This document shows positions 9,563-20,366 of a stretch of 64,000 nucleotides of DNA, piece by piece. This DNA is from Thermodesulfobacteriota bacterium (lineage in GTDB: Bacteria > Desulfobacterota_D > UBA1144 > Nemesobacterales > Mycalebacteriaceae). The translations under genes were made by a program, and so were the position numbers. A model generated the notes under the pieces. That model did no database searches. It was not told the DNA's origin and worked only from the letters and a program-made list of their open reading frames with translations. The DNA lies in assembly GCA_965198945.1 (NCBI GenBank), contig CBDAQI010000001.1, positions 288,001 to 352,000 on the forward strand, given 5' to 3'. Every line of letters starts with the position of its first letter. Position 1 is the first letter of the stretch.

Positions 9563-12500
9563 ATGAAAAAAGCAACTCACGCTTTCCAGCCTTCTGATTT
9601 CCCCGAAAGCGGAAAAGGAACCATCGGAAAACTAGCGCTGGCTCTTATAGCCGTGTTCTTGTTGATTTGCTCACAACCGGCGGCACATGCGGTTGAAGTA
9701 ACCGTCAACCCGCAAGACGTTATAGATACGAGTCTGACTCAGGACGGGAATGTTGATGATGAACTGCTGATTCCTTCTTTGAACGCAAGTTTCTTTACAA
9801 ACGGCGCGTTTGCGGATTTCGGAGAGGGCACGGGAAAAGACTCAATCACCATCACCGTCGGCGGCGGAAATTTCAGCGCGGTGGAAATCAGTCCGAGCGG
9901 GTTGTTCAGAAACTTTGAAATAGTAAATCTGTCCGAACAGAATGACTTTTGGACTGTTACCGATAACGACGAGTTGCTTGAATACATTGACGGGCGCACG
10001 GGAGATGACACGGTCGTGTTCGGAGATGGAAGCCACAGCGCGGAAGAGATACATTCGGAAGGGCTTTACAGAGACTTCCAGCGCGTGAGGCTTTCGGACA
10101 GCGACAACATCTGGACTGTTACCGACAATGATGAAGCCCTTCAATTCATTAACGCCGCCGGAGGAAATGACTCAATCGCTTTCGGGGACGGAGACCACAG
10201 CGCGGAAAGTATAAATTCATCAGACGGGCTCTATAGAAACTTTGAGCGCGCCACTCTGTCTGATAATGACAATGTCTGGACTGTTACTGATAACGACCAA
10301 AGTCTGCAATATATTAACGCGCTCGCAGGAAATGACTCAGTCGCGTTTGTAGACGGCAGCAGCCACAGTGCGGCAAACATAAGCGACACGGGACGCTACA
10401 GAAACTTTGAGCGGGTCAGGCTCTCTGATATTGACAATGTCTGGACTGGTACTGATAACGACGAACCACTTCAATACATTGACGCACTCGGCGGAACCGA
10501 AGACACGGTTGCTTTTGCTGGCTTCGGAGACGGTAATTACAGCGCGGCAAATATAAGCGACACGGGACGCTACAGAAACTTTGAGCAAGTAACTCTCTCA
10601 GATAATGACAATGTCTGGGCGGTTACCGAAAACGACGAAGATCTTGAAAACATTAACGCGCTGGAAGGAACGGACACTCTGGAAAATCAGATAACGAAAG
10701 AAGACGAAGGTCCTTTCAGCGCGGCAGACACCGATTTCAGAGTCGGAGACTTCTACTCCTCTACAGGAGAGGCCACACACTGGTCAGCAACCGGAGATGC
10801 AAGGGCCACAAGATACTCCGGCTTTGAGAGGGCCGCAGTAGGAATCAATGATGAAGACAATACATGGGAAGCCTCAAGAGATGACCGCGACCCCGTTCGT
10901 GACTGGCAGTGGATAAACGCAAGGGGAGGAAATGACAGCCTCGTTCTCGGAGACTTGGAACAAAGTGCGGCAAACATATCTTCAACCGGATTTTACAGAA
11001 ACTTTGAGATGGTTGATCTCTCGGAGAACGACAACATTTGGACTGTCACTGATAACGACCAGCCACTTCAATATATCAACGGACTTGGCGGAGATGACAC
11101 CGTCGCATTTGTAAACGGCAGCAGCCACAGTGCCGCAAGTATAAATTCATCAGACGGACGTTACAGAAACTTTGAGCGGGTCAGGCTCTCTGATATTGAC
11201 AATGTCTGGACCGTTACTGATAACGACAGACAGCTTCAATACATAGACGCGCTGCCGGGAACTGATACGGTCATACTTGGAGACGGAGACCACAGTGCGG
11301 AAAACATACATGCAGGCGGACGCTACAGAGGCTTTGAACAGGCTAATCTCTCAAATAATAATAATAATGTATGGACTGTCTCTGATAACGACGAAAACCT
11401 TGAAAGCATTAATGCGCTTGGGGGAACCGACACTCTGGTAAACCCCGTTGCGGACAGAAACGGTGACGGCTCCTTTAATGTGATGGACTCTTCTTTCTCA
11501 ACCGGAGATCTTGGAAACGGATCTTTTGCAAATTATTCCAATTTTGAGCAGGTGGCTGTGGTAATCAACGAGGAAAACAACACATGGACGGCTTCGGAAG
11601 AAGATTCCACAAAGGATTGGCAGTGGATAAATGCAAGCGGCGGAACTGACACAGTCGTGCTCGGAGATCTGGAACAAAGCGCGGCAAACATATCTTCAAC
11701 CGGATTCTACAGAAATTTTGAACGCGTAGACCTCTCGGACAATAACAACATTTGGACTGTTACGAACAATGATGAAGACCTTGAATACATTGATGCTCTA
11801 CTGGGAACTGACACAATTTCATTCGGAGACGGAGACCACAGTGCGGCAAACATAGGCGATGCGGAACGCTACAGAAACTTTGAACAGGTAACTCTCTCAA
11901 ACGGAAACAACTCATGGGCTATCAGTGAAAATGACGCAGACCTTGATAGAATTGATGCGCTCGGTGGGACGGACACTCTGGAAGATCAGATAGAGGGTGA
12001 TGGTCCCTTCAGCGCGGAAGACTCAGATTTCTCAGTCGGAGACCTTGGAACCGGAGAATTCACAAAATACTCCGGTTTTGAACAAGTCGCAGTCGGAATC
12101 AATGACGAAGACAATACATGGGAAGCCTCAGAAGATGACCGTGCCCCCGACCGCGGCTGGAAGTGGATAAACGCGCGGGGAGGAACGGACACCATTGTGC
12201 TTGGAGACGGAAACCACAATGCGGCAAACATAAGCTCAACCGGATTCTACAGAAACTTTGAGCGGGTTACTCTCTCGATTAATAACAACAGATGGACTGT
12301 CACTGAAAACGATGAAAACCCTGAACTTGAATACATTGATGCTCTACTGGGAACTGACACAATCTCATTCGGAGATGGGAACCACAGCGCGGCAAACATA
12401 AATTCATCAGACGGATGCTACAGAGGCTTTGAGGTAGTTGAGCTCTCGGACAATGACAATATATGGACTGTCACCGATAACGATAGAAGTCCGGGTCTTG

Positions 12501-15112
12501 AATACATTGACGCCCTTGGGGGGAATGACTCGGTCGCATTCGGAGACGGCGACCACAGCGCACAAGACATAAGTGAAGACGGGCGCTACAGAAATTTTGA
12601 GCGCGTAACGCTTTCAGACAATGACAATGTCTGGACTGTTACGGAAAATGATGAAGCCCTCCAATTTATTAACGCCGCCGGGGGGAATGACTCGGTCGCA
12701 TTCGGAGACGGCGACCACAGCGCGGAAAACATCAATTCAAGCGGACGCTACAGAAACTTTGAGCGGGTTACTCTGTCTGACAATAACAATGTCTGGACTG
12801 TTACGGAAAACGATGAAGCCCTCCAATTTATTAACGCCGCCGGAGGAAACGAAGACACGGTCGCTTTCGGAAACGGTAGCCACAGCGCGGCAAATATAAA
12901 CTCAAGCAATGGACGCTACAGAAATTTTGAGCGCGTAACGCTTTCAGAGGAAGACGACTCGTGGGAAATCACCGAAAACGATAAAGACCTTGACAGCATT
13001 GATGCGCTCGGAGGAATGGACACTTTGGAGACCATTCTAACAGATGTGAATGATGACGGCTCTTTTAATGCATCGGACACTTCTTTTTCAATCACCGACC
13101 TTAACAACCCCGCCAAACCTGAATTTGGAAATTATTCCAATTTTGAACAGGTCGCGGTCGGAATCAATGAGGGAAACAACACTTGGGTGGCTTGGGTTAA
13201 CGATTCCACAAAAGGCTGGCAGTGGATAAACGCGCGTGGGGGGACCGACACCCTTGCGCTCGGAAACGGAAGTCACAACGCCGCAAACATCAATTCAAGC
13301 GGATTCTACAGAAACTTTGAGCAAGTAACTCTTTCAAACAGCACAGACATTTGGACTTTTACCGAAAACGACGAAGAGCTTACGGTCATTGACGCTCTCA
13401 GAGGAATTGACACCCTTGTGTTTGGAGACGGGAGTCACAGCGCGGCAAACATAAGCGACACGGGACGTTACAGAAACTTCCAGCGCGTGCACCTTTCAGA
13501 CAGCGCCAATATGTGGACTGTTACCGACAATGACCGGAACCTTGAATATATTGACGCGCTTGATGAAACAGATTCAATTCTTGTAAATGTGGGTAATGGT
13601 TCCGCCGCCGCCATAAACGCCGACGATTTTGGGGAAGAAAACCTTTACAGAAACTTTGAATCGCTGAAAAAAACCGGAGAAGGAACTCTTTTTGTACAAA
13701 AAAAGATTAATTTTGGAGAATCCGGAAACGTTTCCGTTGAAGAAGGCACTCTTTCTTTTGATATCTCCATTGAAACGCAAGACGGAGCAGGCGCATCCGC
13801 CGCGAATTCGGGAAGGCTGGTTGCGGGAGGCATATATACGACAGCGAACTCTTCCATAGCGGTCAACGGTTTGAATGTTGTCAGCCTGTCACAAAGTGAA
13901 AGCAGGGAGGTTTCCGTATTTGCAGGAAACACAAGCGGTGTAAATGCAAGCACCTCATTTGTTGATCCGGGGCTTTTCGTTGAACTTGAACGGCGCCCCG
14001 ATGAAATATATGTCGGTTTTGATACCCGTGAAGACGAAATAGACGCCGATTTTGAAACCACAAACCAGCGCACTCTGCTTAAAACAATTCAAACGGCCCT
14101 CAAACAGGGGAAAATAGAGTCAGACTCTTCGGGAATAGTAAACCTCTTAAACAACCGGCGCTTAAATCAGGCACAAGTCAACGGTTTAATTCCGGGCGAG
14201 CACGGCGGTATTGACTATGAGATTATAGATATCCAGAGAACCCTTTTCGGCCAGATTGAAGAAAAGGTTGTTGAAGCGGTCCAACTCAGGCCATGGGAAA
14301 CTGAGCGTGACACTCACCACTTCAAAATTTTTGCAGGCGGTTTTGAAAAGACCATTTCGGGAGATCTGTTTAAAGTCGGCGCGCGCGGATTTTCCGGCGG
14401 AGTTCACAGGCTGCTGTTTAATGAAAAAATGGGTGTTGGAATTGCCGCCGCCGCCTCTTTTCTGGAAACGAGAAGAGAGCGGGTAAATGAGAAAACGGAA
14501 GGTTTTCACGGAGCGCTTTACACAAAATACAAATCGGGCAGGATTTCGGCGACGGGAATACTTTCAGCGGGAACACACGATTATAAATCCAGCAGGAATT
14601 CGGTTTTCGGGGAGATAAGAGGAGAAACCGATATCCTGGTCTATGGCGGAAAAGTGTCGGCCGGAATTGAAATTCTTGAAAATCTGCCGGTGAGAATCAA
14701 ACCCGAGGCTTCCTTCATGTTTGCCCAATCATCAACAGAACCCTACACGGAAACCGGGGGACTGGGAATTTCAGTTAAAAAGACAGAAACGGAATCCGCA
14801 GAAGCCGGAGCAAAAATCAACATAGCTTTTAATCCTCTGACAACCGCCCTGAGAACCCTTGTTCAGCCTGAGCTGGAAGCCGGAATATATTACGATTTTC
14901 TTTCCGGAGGCAACAATGCCCGTGCGTCCGTCTTCAACACTGACTACACCATATTCCGCTCTCAGGTTTCAGACGGAACACGTTATTCCACCGGAGTAAA
15001 GCTCACTATGTCCGACAACAAACACCTTGCATTCAAAATCGGATACAAGGTTGAATTTTTCAATGGTATGCGCTCATATTTGGGCTCCGGACAGTTTTTT
15101 GTGCGCTTCTGA
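9563..15112 (+). CDS. large repetitive autotransporter (type Va), putative adhesin
   Basis: Extended signal peptide ending AAHA. Asp/Asn/Gly-rich repeats. FESLKKTGEGTL passenger motif. About 300-aa barrel-like C-terminus ending in GQFFVRF. Confidence 0.85.
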   Translation: MKKATHAFQPSDFPESGKGTIGKLALALIAVFLLICSQPAAHAVEVTVNPQDVIDTSLTQDGNVDDELLIPSLNASFFTNGAFADFGEGTGKDSITITVGGGNFSAVEISPSGLFRNFEIVNLSEQNDFWTVTDNDELLEYIDGRTGDDTVVFGDGSHSAEEIHSEGLYRDFQRVRLSDSDNIWTVTDNDEALQFINAAGGNDSIAFGDGDHSAESINSSDGLYRNFERATLSDNDNVWTVTDNDQSLQYINALAGNDSVAFVDGSSHSAANISDTGRYRNFERVRLSDIDNVWTGTDNDEPLQYIDALGGTEDTVAFAGFGDGNYSAANISDTGRYRNFEQVTLSDNDNVWAVTENDEDLENINALEGTDTLENQITKEDEGPFSAADTDFRVGDFYSSTGEATHWSATGDARATRYSGFERAAVGINDEDNTWEASRDDRDPVRDWQWINARGGNDSLVLGDLEQSAANISSTGFYRNFEMVDLSENDNIWTVTDNDQPLQYINGLGGDDTVAFVNGSSHSAASINSSDGRYRNFERVRLSDIDNVWTVTDNDRQLQYIDALPGTDTVILGDGDHSAENIHAGGRYRGFEQANLSNNNNNVWTVSDNDENLESINALGGTDTLVNPVADRNGDGSFNVMDSSFSTGDLGNGSFANYSNFEQVAVVINEENNTWTASEEDSTKDWQWINASGGTDTVVLGDLEQSAANISSTGFYRNFERVDLSDNNNIWTVTNNDEDLEYIDALLGTDTISFGDGDHSAANIGDAERYRNFEQVTLSNGNNSWAISENDADLDRIDALGGTDTLEDQIEGDGPFSAEDSDFSVGDLGTGEFTKYSGFEQVAVGINDEDNTWEASEDDRAPDRGWKWINARGGTDTIVLGDGNHNAANISSTGFYRNFERVTLSINNNRWTVTENDENPELEYIDALLGTDTISFGDGNHSAANINSSDGCYRGFEVVELSDNDNIWTVTDNDRSPGLEYIDALGGNDSVAFGDGDHSAQDISEDGRYRNFERVTLSDNDNVWTVTENDEALQFINAAGGNDSVAFGDGDHSAENINSSGRYRNFERVTLSDNNNVWTVTENDEALQFINAAGGNEDTVAFGNGSHSAANINSSNGRYRNFERVTLSEEDDSWEITENDKDLDSIDALGGMDTLETILTDVNDDGSFNASDTSFSITDLNNPAKPEFGNYSNFEQVAVGINEGNNTWVAWVNDSTKGWQWINARGGTDTLALGNGSHNAANINSSGFYRNFEQVTLSNSTDIWTFTENDEELTVIDALRGIDTLVFGDGSHSAANISDTGRYRNFQRVHLSDSANMWTVTDNDRNLEYIDALDETDSILVNVGNGSAAAINADDFGEENLYRNFESLKKTGEGTLFVQKKINFGESGNVSVEEGTLSFDISIETQDGAGASAANSGRLVAGGIYTTANSSIAVNGLNVVSLSQSESREVSVFAGNTSGVNASTSFVDPGLFVELERRPDEIYVGFDTREDEIDADFETTNQRTLLKTIQTALKQGKIESDSSGIVNLLNNRRLNQAQVNGLIPGEHGGIDYEIIDIQRTLFGQIEEKVVEAVQLRPWETERDTHHFKIFAGGFEKTISGDLFKVGARGFSGGVHRLLFNEKMGVGIAAAASFLETRRERVNEKTEGFHGALYTKYKSGRISATGILSAGTHDYKSSRNSVFGEIRGETDILVYGGKVSAGIEILENLPVRIKPEASFMFAQSSTEPYTETGGLGISVKKTETESAEAGAKINIAFNPLTTALRTLVQPELEAGIYYDFLSGGNNARASVFNTDYTIFRSQVSDGTRYSTGVKLTMSDNKHLAFKIGYKVEFFNGMRSYLGSGQFFVRF
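9899..13660 (+). repeat. intragenic tandem array of about 21 units of ~54 aa (~162 nt)
   Basis: Consensus GRYRNFERVTLSDNDNVWTVTDNDExLxYIDALGGxDTVAFGDGxHSAANISxx, counted by eye. Confidence 0.9.
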
Positions 15113-15118
15113 CACCGG

Positions 15119-16672
15119 ATGAAAACATACTACATTACAACTCCAATCTACTACGTAAACGACTCTCCCCACATAGGGCACGCCTATACAACCGTGGCCG
15201 CCGATGCGCTGGCACGTCATCACAGACTGCGGGGGGAAAGTGTGTTTATGCTTACGGGAACCGATGAACACGGAAGAAAAATTGAACAGACCGCCTCTGA
15301 AACGGGTGAGACCCCGAAGCAACTCGCCGACAGGGTTGTGGAAAGGTTCCACTTTCTGTGGGAAAAATTGAGAATTGAAAATGACGATTTCATAAGAACC
15401 ACCGAGAAAAGACACGAAAAATGCGCTCAAAAACTTTTCACTGCGGCGTTTAACGCCGGAGACATATATCTCGGCCAATATGAAGGTTGGTATGATGTGC
15501 GCGAGGAAAGCTTTCTCACCGAAACCCAGATGGAGGAAGTCAATAAGCTTCCGCCGGAGAAACGCCCCAAAATTGAAAAAATAAAAGAAGAGTGTTTTTT
15601 CTTCAAACTTTCCTCATTCGGAGACCGTCTGCTTGAATATTACGACAAAAATCCCGATTTTGTAATGCCGAAGGAGAGGATGAATGAAGTCCGCCAGTTT
15701 GTGGAGTCGGGCCTTAGAGATTTGAGCATAAGCCGCACTACATTTTCATGGGGTGTCCCGGTTCCGGGAAGCCCGGAACATGTTATGTATGTCTGGTTTG
15801 ACGCTCTTTCCAACTACCTGACCGCCGCCTGTTTTGAATCGGAAACGGAAAAATTCTCCGCCGTCTGGCCGGCGGACCTGCATCTGGTCGGCAAAGATAT
15901 CATAAGGTTTCATGCCGTTTACTGGCCCGCTTTCCTGATGTCTGCCGGCATAGAACTGCCGAAAAGAATCTTTGCTCACGGATGGTGGACGGTTGAAGGT
16001 GAAAAAATGTCAAAATCTCTCGGCAATTCCGTAAATCCCGTTGAAATCACAGACGAATTTGGGGTTGACACTTTCAGATATTTTATTATGAGAGAAATAC
16101 CGTTCGGAAAAGACGGAGATTTTTCCCGCAGGGCTTTGATTTCTCGTATCAATTCGGATCTGGCAAACGGCCTGGGCAATCTTGTGAGCCGGACGCTCGG
16201 CATGGTTGAGCGTTATTTTGACGGAATTGTTCCCGATGGAACCGGCATGGAATGCGGAAATTCCGCTCTGAAAAAATCCGCGGAAGCATGCGCGGCGGAA
16301 ATACCGGCCGCCATGGATGAGGTGGCTCCCGGCAAAGCGCTTTCATGTTTGTGGAAATTGATCGGTGAAGCGGACAGGTTTGTGGAAGAGACAAAACCGT
16401 GGGAGCTTTATAAAAAAAATGAGAAGGAAAAGCTTTCGGGGGTTTTGTGGACTCTTTGCGAAACTTTGAGAATAGTCTCCATCCATATCTACCCTTTTAT
16501 GCCTGAAACGGCCGAAAAACTCCGGGAAAAGCTGGGGTTTGAAAAATCGCTCAAGACCCTCTCACAAGACGGCTCCGGAATAAAGAATCTTTCAACCGGG
16601 TGGGGGGGCTTTGCCGCCGGAGCCAGGGTCAGAAAAGGCGACAACCTTTTTATAAGAATAGAGAATGATTAG
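15119..16672 (+). CDS. metG: methionine--tRNA ligase (short form)
   Basis: YITTPIYYVN, PHIGH, YVWFDAL, KMSKS. Confidence 0.95.
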   Translation: MKTYYITTPIYYVNDSPHIGHAYTTVAADALARHHRLRGESVFMLTGTDEHGRKIEQTASETGETPKQLADRVVERFHFLWEKLRIENDDFIRTTEKRHEKCAQKLFTAAFNAGDIYLGQYEGWYDVREESFLTETQMEEVNKLPPEKRPKIEKIKEECFFFKLSSFGDRLLEYYDKNPDFVMPKERMNEVRQFVESGLRDLSISRTTFSWGVPVPGSPEHVMYVWFDALSNYLTAACFESETEKFSAVWPADLHLVGKDIIRFHAVYWPAFLMSAGIELPKRIFAHGWWTVEGEKMSKSLGNSVNPVEITDEFGVDTFRYFIMREIPFGKDGDFSRRALISRINSDLANGLGNLVSRTLGMVERYFDGIVPDGTGMECGNSALKKSAEACAAEIPAAMDEVAPGKALSCLWKLIGEADRFVEETKPWELYKKNEKEKLSGVLWTLCETLRIVSIHIYPFMPETAEKLREKLGFEKSLKTLSQDGSGIKNLSTGWGGFAAGARVRKGDNLFIRIEND

Positions 16673-17012
16673 AAGCGAAAAAGGGTTCACTCTTCTGGAA
16701 GCCCTTTTTGCAATGCTTATCCTCTCGGTGGGAATAATCGCAGCGCTTGAAATTCATTCAATCACACTCAAAAACCGCGCGTGGAACAGTTTGTCCTTAC
16801 TTGCGGAAACCGGTATTGAATCGGTCATGGAAACGGACAGGGGGCGTCTTAAAACGGCCGTTAGATCAGGGGCCGCCCATCCTGTGGAACAGGTTTTCAG
16901 CCATATTCAAACTTCGCCGCTTTCATGTGAAAATCTTTCACTGCTTGATTGTGTGGAAACTGAAAGCGGAGCAAAGGTGTCCAGGGCTCCGGAAAAAATA
17001 GCGGTGTGGTAA
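16665..17012 (+). CDS. PilV-like prepilin
   Basis: N-terminal methylation motif KGFTLLE followed by a hydrophobic helix. Confidence 0.7.
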   Translation: MIRSEKGFTLLEALFAMLILSVGIIAALEIHSITLKNRAWNSLSLLAETGIESVMETDRGRLKTAVRSGAAHPVEQVFSHIQTSPLSCENLSLLDCVETESGAKVSRAPEKIAVW

Positions 17013-17069
17013 AAATTAAATACATAGCCTGCGCCGGAAAAAACTCATTCAGGGGCGAGCAGTTTATCC

Positions 17070-17702
17070 ATGTTTCACGGAAATAAAGAGCGGGGGTTCA
17101 CTCTGCTGGAGTTCATTTTCGCCGCCGTTCTTGTGGCGGCGCTTCCCGTGGCCGGACTTTTTGCCGTCGGAAGGCAGTCAAAAACCGAAGCTCTGTGGAA
17201 AAACATGAGCGAAATGGACCATGTCGCATATTCAATTCTCTCAATAATTTCTGATGAAATAAAAAACTCCGGTTCTTCCGGCGAATTTCAGTCTCCCATA
17301 TATTTTGTTGACGGAGGAGAAAGAATTGATCCGGACGGCGAAAAATGCGATTCCCAATCGGCAAAACAAAACGGGCCCGACTGCATAACTTTTGAAAGTT
17401 CCTCATATGAAAGAAACCGGAGAATCAAAAAAAGTTTTTTTGTTGAAAATGGGGTTTTGAAAATGCGAAACAGTGACAGTTCAAAAACCCAGTCGCTGAC
17501 CTCCGACAATGGAAAAATCGGAGTTGAGGATTTTCAAATCGGTTTTTTAATGGGCGGGGGCGACGGTTTCCAGGGCTCAATGGACGGCGGGGAGGCGGTT
17601 GAAGCCGTAAAAGTGACCATCACACTCAAATCCGGCAAAAATCCGTCGGAACCATATGAAATAAAATCATATTCTGTAGTCGCAAATCCGAGAAACATAT
17701 AA
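17070..17702 (+). CDS. PilW-like prepilin
   Basis: RGFTLLE motif and C-terminal ANPRNI. Confidence 0.7.
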   Translation: MFHGNKERGFTLLEFIFAAVLVAALPVAGLFAVGRQSKTEALWKNMSEMDHVAYSILSIISDEIKNSGSSGEFQSPIYFVDGGERIDPDGEKCDSQSAKQNGPDCITFESSSYERNRRIKKSFFVENGVLKMRNSDSSKTQSLTSDNGKIGVEDFQIGFLMGGGDGFQGSMDGGEAVEAVKVTITLKSGKNPSEPYEIKSYSVVANPRNI

Positions 17703-18100
17703 TGAAAAAATCAGACAAAGGCTTTGCCGTCATCATTGCGCTTCTTATCGTGGCAATAATGTCCGCCGCCGTCGCTACGGCGTTTTTCATCTCGGTTGCA
17801 GATTTGGAAATAACCTCCAACCGGATTCAAAGCTCAAAAGCCCTGAGAGACGCGGAGAGGATTCTTGCCGAAGCGGAAATGAGCATGGAAATGTGTCTTG
17901 AAGGAAACGGCATTGAAAGATGTGTGTCGGAAATTGAAGACTCGGTCAGCGGTTACGCAACGGCGTCCGTGCAGTTCCCGGAAACATTTTTTGTTTCCGC
18001 AGTCGGGCAAAGCGGAAATTTTTCCGCCGAAATACAAGCCGTTTATTCCGCCCAAAACGGAAGCGTTACAATGAATTCATGGCAACGGATACTTGAATAG
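17702..18100 (+). CDS. PilX-like minor pilin
   Basis: KGFAVIIALL (no Glu5, typical of PilX/GspK). Confidence 0.7.
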   Translation: MKKSDKGFAVIIALLIVAIMSAAVATAFFISVADLEITSNRIQSSKALRDAERILAEAEMSMEMCLEGNGIERCVSEIEDSVSGYATASVQFPETFFVSAVGQSGNFSAEIQAVYSAQNGSVTMNSWQRILE

Positions 18101-18591
18101 TGAAAAACCACGGATACTCGCTTCTTGAAATGCTTTTTGTCCTCGCCCTTGCGGCGGCGGCAATAGTTTCATCCGTTCCGTTTCTTGTTCAATATGCGGA
18201 AAATTCACAATTTGAAAGCGCTGCACAGAAAGTCGTATCCCAGGTGAGACGGACGAAAATGCTCGCCGTAACAAAGAAGAAAACTCACACAATTTGTGTT
18301 CCGCTCGGAGAGGCAAACGATGGAAATTTGTGGAAGTTTTTCACTTTGGAAAGCGGTCGTGACAAATGCGACGCTCCCGGAACAAAAATAATTGAAGACG
18401 CCATTCCCTACAAAATTTTTCAAAAAAGCGGAAAAACGGAAATCAAAAAAATCGTCTTCACTCCCAGGGGAACGTCTACCAACAAATCCTTCTGCATTGA
18501 AAATAAAAGAGGCGGCGGATGGAAAAAAATAACAATTTCCAATTTTGCAAGAATTACGGTAATTTCTGACTCTGCAAACCCGTGTGATTGA
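18100..18591 (+). CDS. FimT/GspH-like pseudopilin
   Basis: HGYSLLEML, IVFTPRG, terminal Cys. Confidence 0.7.
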   Translation: MKNHGYSLLEMLFVLALAAAAIVSSVPFLVQYAENSQFESAAQKVVSQVRRTKMLAVTKKKTHTICVPLGEANDGNLWKFFTLESGRDKCDAPGTKIIEDAIPYKIFQKSGKTEIKKIVFTPRGTSTNKSFCIENKRGGGWKKITISNFARITVISDSANPCD

Positions 18592-18645
18592 CTGATTGAG
18601 GAGCGGGTATATTCTTAAAACGGCATCTGCCGGGAGTGGGAGCAA

Positions 18646-20331
18646 ATGGCGAAAAAACAAAACCCGAGACAGTTTTCTTCAATATATGTTGAGGGGCCTG
18701 ACCGCGCCCCGAGCCGCGCGATGTTGAGAGCGGTCGGCTTCAAAGACAAAGATTTTTCAAGACCGGTTGTGGGAATTGCGTCAACATGGAGCATGGTAAC
18801 CCCGTGCAACATGCACATAGACAAGCTCGCAATGCGCTCCGCAATGGGTGTGAACAAATCAGGCGGCAAAGCAGTTACTTTCAACACAATCACGGTTTCC
18901 GACGGCATTTCAATGGGAACCCCCGGCATGAGATACTCTCTGGTTTCAAGAGAGGTAATCGCAGACTCAATAGAAACGGTTGCCGCGGCCGAGGGTTTTG
19001 ACGGACTCGTTGCAATTGGCGGCTGCGATAAAAATATGCCGGGCTGCATGATGGCAATCGCGCACCTGAACCGCCCGGCGGTTTTTGTTTACGGCGGAAC
19101 CATAATGCCCGGATGCCATAACGGAAAGGATATTGACATAGTGTCGGTCTTTGAAGCGGTAGGCGCTCATGCGAGCGGTGAAATAAGTGACGGGGATTTG
19201 AAAAAAATAGAGAGCGCCGCCATACCCGGTCCCGGATCGTGCGGAGGAATGTATACCGCAAACACAATGGCTTCGGCGATTGAGGCAATGGGAATGAGTC
19301 TGCCGAACAGCTCGTCTCAGGCCGCAGTTTCACGCGAAAAAAACAACGACTGTTCCGAAGCCGGCAAGGCTGTTGTTCAGATGATGGAAAATGGAATCAA
19401 ACCGCGCGACATAATGACTAAAAAGGCGTTTGAAAACTCAATAGCCGTGGTAACAGCACTCGGCGGCTCAACAAACAGCGTGCTCCACCTCCTCGCAATG
19501 GCAAGGGCGGCAAATGTCAAATTGTCAATTGATGATTTTACAAGAATAGGAAGGCGCACCCCCGTTCTTGCGGACCTGAAACCCAGCGGAACACATATGA
19601 TGGCGGATTTTTGCAAGATAGGAGGCCTGCTTCCCCTTATGAAAACGATGCTTGATGGCGGTCTTTTGCATGGCGACTGCCTGACCGTAACCGGGAAAAC
19701 CGTGCGGGAAAATCTGCGCGGAGTGAAAAAATACGGCGCAAAACAGAAAATTGTTTCATCGCTTAAAAATCCGCTGAAAAAGGACGGACATATAATAATT
19801 CTGCGCGGCAATCTGGCCCCGGACGGAGCGGTTGCCAAAATAACGGGCAAAGAGGGAAGCGTTTTCAGCGGCGAGGCGGTTGTTTTTGATTCGGAAGAAA
19901 AAAGCATGAAAGCAATACTCGCCGGAAAAATTAAGAAGGGAAATGTGATTGTGGTCAGGTATGAGGGGCCGCGGGGCGGGCCGGGAATGAGGGAGATGCT
20001 TGGGCCGACGGCGGCGGTTGTCGGAAGGGGGCTCGGAAATGATGTGGCTCTGATAACGGACGGCAGGTTTTCCGGCGGCAGTCACGGTTTTGTAGTCGGG
20101 CACGTAACGCCTGAAGCGGCGGTCGGGGGGCCCATTGCGCTCGTAAAAACCGGAGACAAAATCACAATAGACTCAAAAAAGAGGGAGATAAATCTCTCCG
20201 TTTCAAAGGCGGAGATGAAACGCAGGGCCGCTGAATGGAAAGAACCGCCTCCGAAAGAAAAAAGGGGAACGCTTGCAAAATATGCCAAACTTGTTTCTTC
20301 CGCCTCCGAGGGAGCGGTAACGGATCTGTGA
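18646..20331 (+). CDS. ilvD: dihydroxy-acid dehydratase
   Basis: [35 protein letters not shown]. Confidence 0.95.
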   Translation: MAKKQNPRQFSSIYVEGPDRAPSRAMLRAVGFKDKDFSRPVVGIASTWSMVTPCNMHIDKLAMRSAMGVNKSGGKAVTFNTITVSDGISMGTPGMRYSLVSREVIADSIETVAAAEGFDGLVAIGGCDKNMPGCMMAIAHLNRPAVFVYGGTIMPGCHNGKDIDIVSVFEAVGAHASGEISDGDLKKIESAAIPGPGSCGGMYTANTMASAIEAMGMSLPNSSSQAAVSREKNNDCSEAGKAVVQMMENGIKPRDIMTKKAFENSIAVVTALGGSTNSVLHLLAMARAANVKLSIDDFTRIGRRTPVLADLKPSGTHMMADFCKIGGLLPLMKTMLDGGLLHGDCLTVTGKTVRENLRGVKKYGAKQKIVSSLKNPLKKDGHIIILRGNLAPDGAVAKITGKEGSVFSGEAVVFDSEEKSMKAILAGKIKKGNVIVVRYEGPRGGPGMREMLGPTAAVVGRGLGNDVALITDGRFSGGSHGFVVGHVTPEAAVGGPIALVKTGDKITIDSKKREINLSVSKAEMKRRAAEWKEPPPKEKRGTLAKYAKLVSSASEGAVTDL

Positions 20332-20366
20332 TATGACGGTTGGTTGATTGGCGGGGTTTTTTTGAG

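Noticed and set aside
8633..9580. 315-aa antisense ORF, and similar long shadow ORFs (7978-8640, 20525-21184, 27911-28618, 39049-39630)
   Set aside because: They lie opposite well-supported genes and have no motifs of their own.
9899..13660. CRISPR array or DGR template suggested by recurring tacagaaactttga / tggactgttac words
   Set aside because: The repeats are in-frame coding units with codon-level variation. There are no unique spacers, cas genes or reverse transcriptase in the window.
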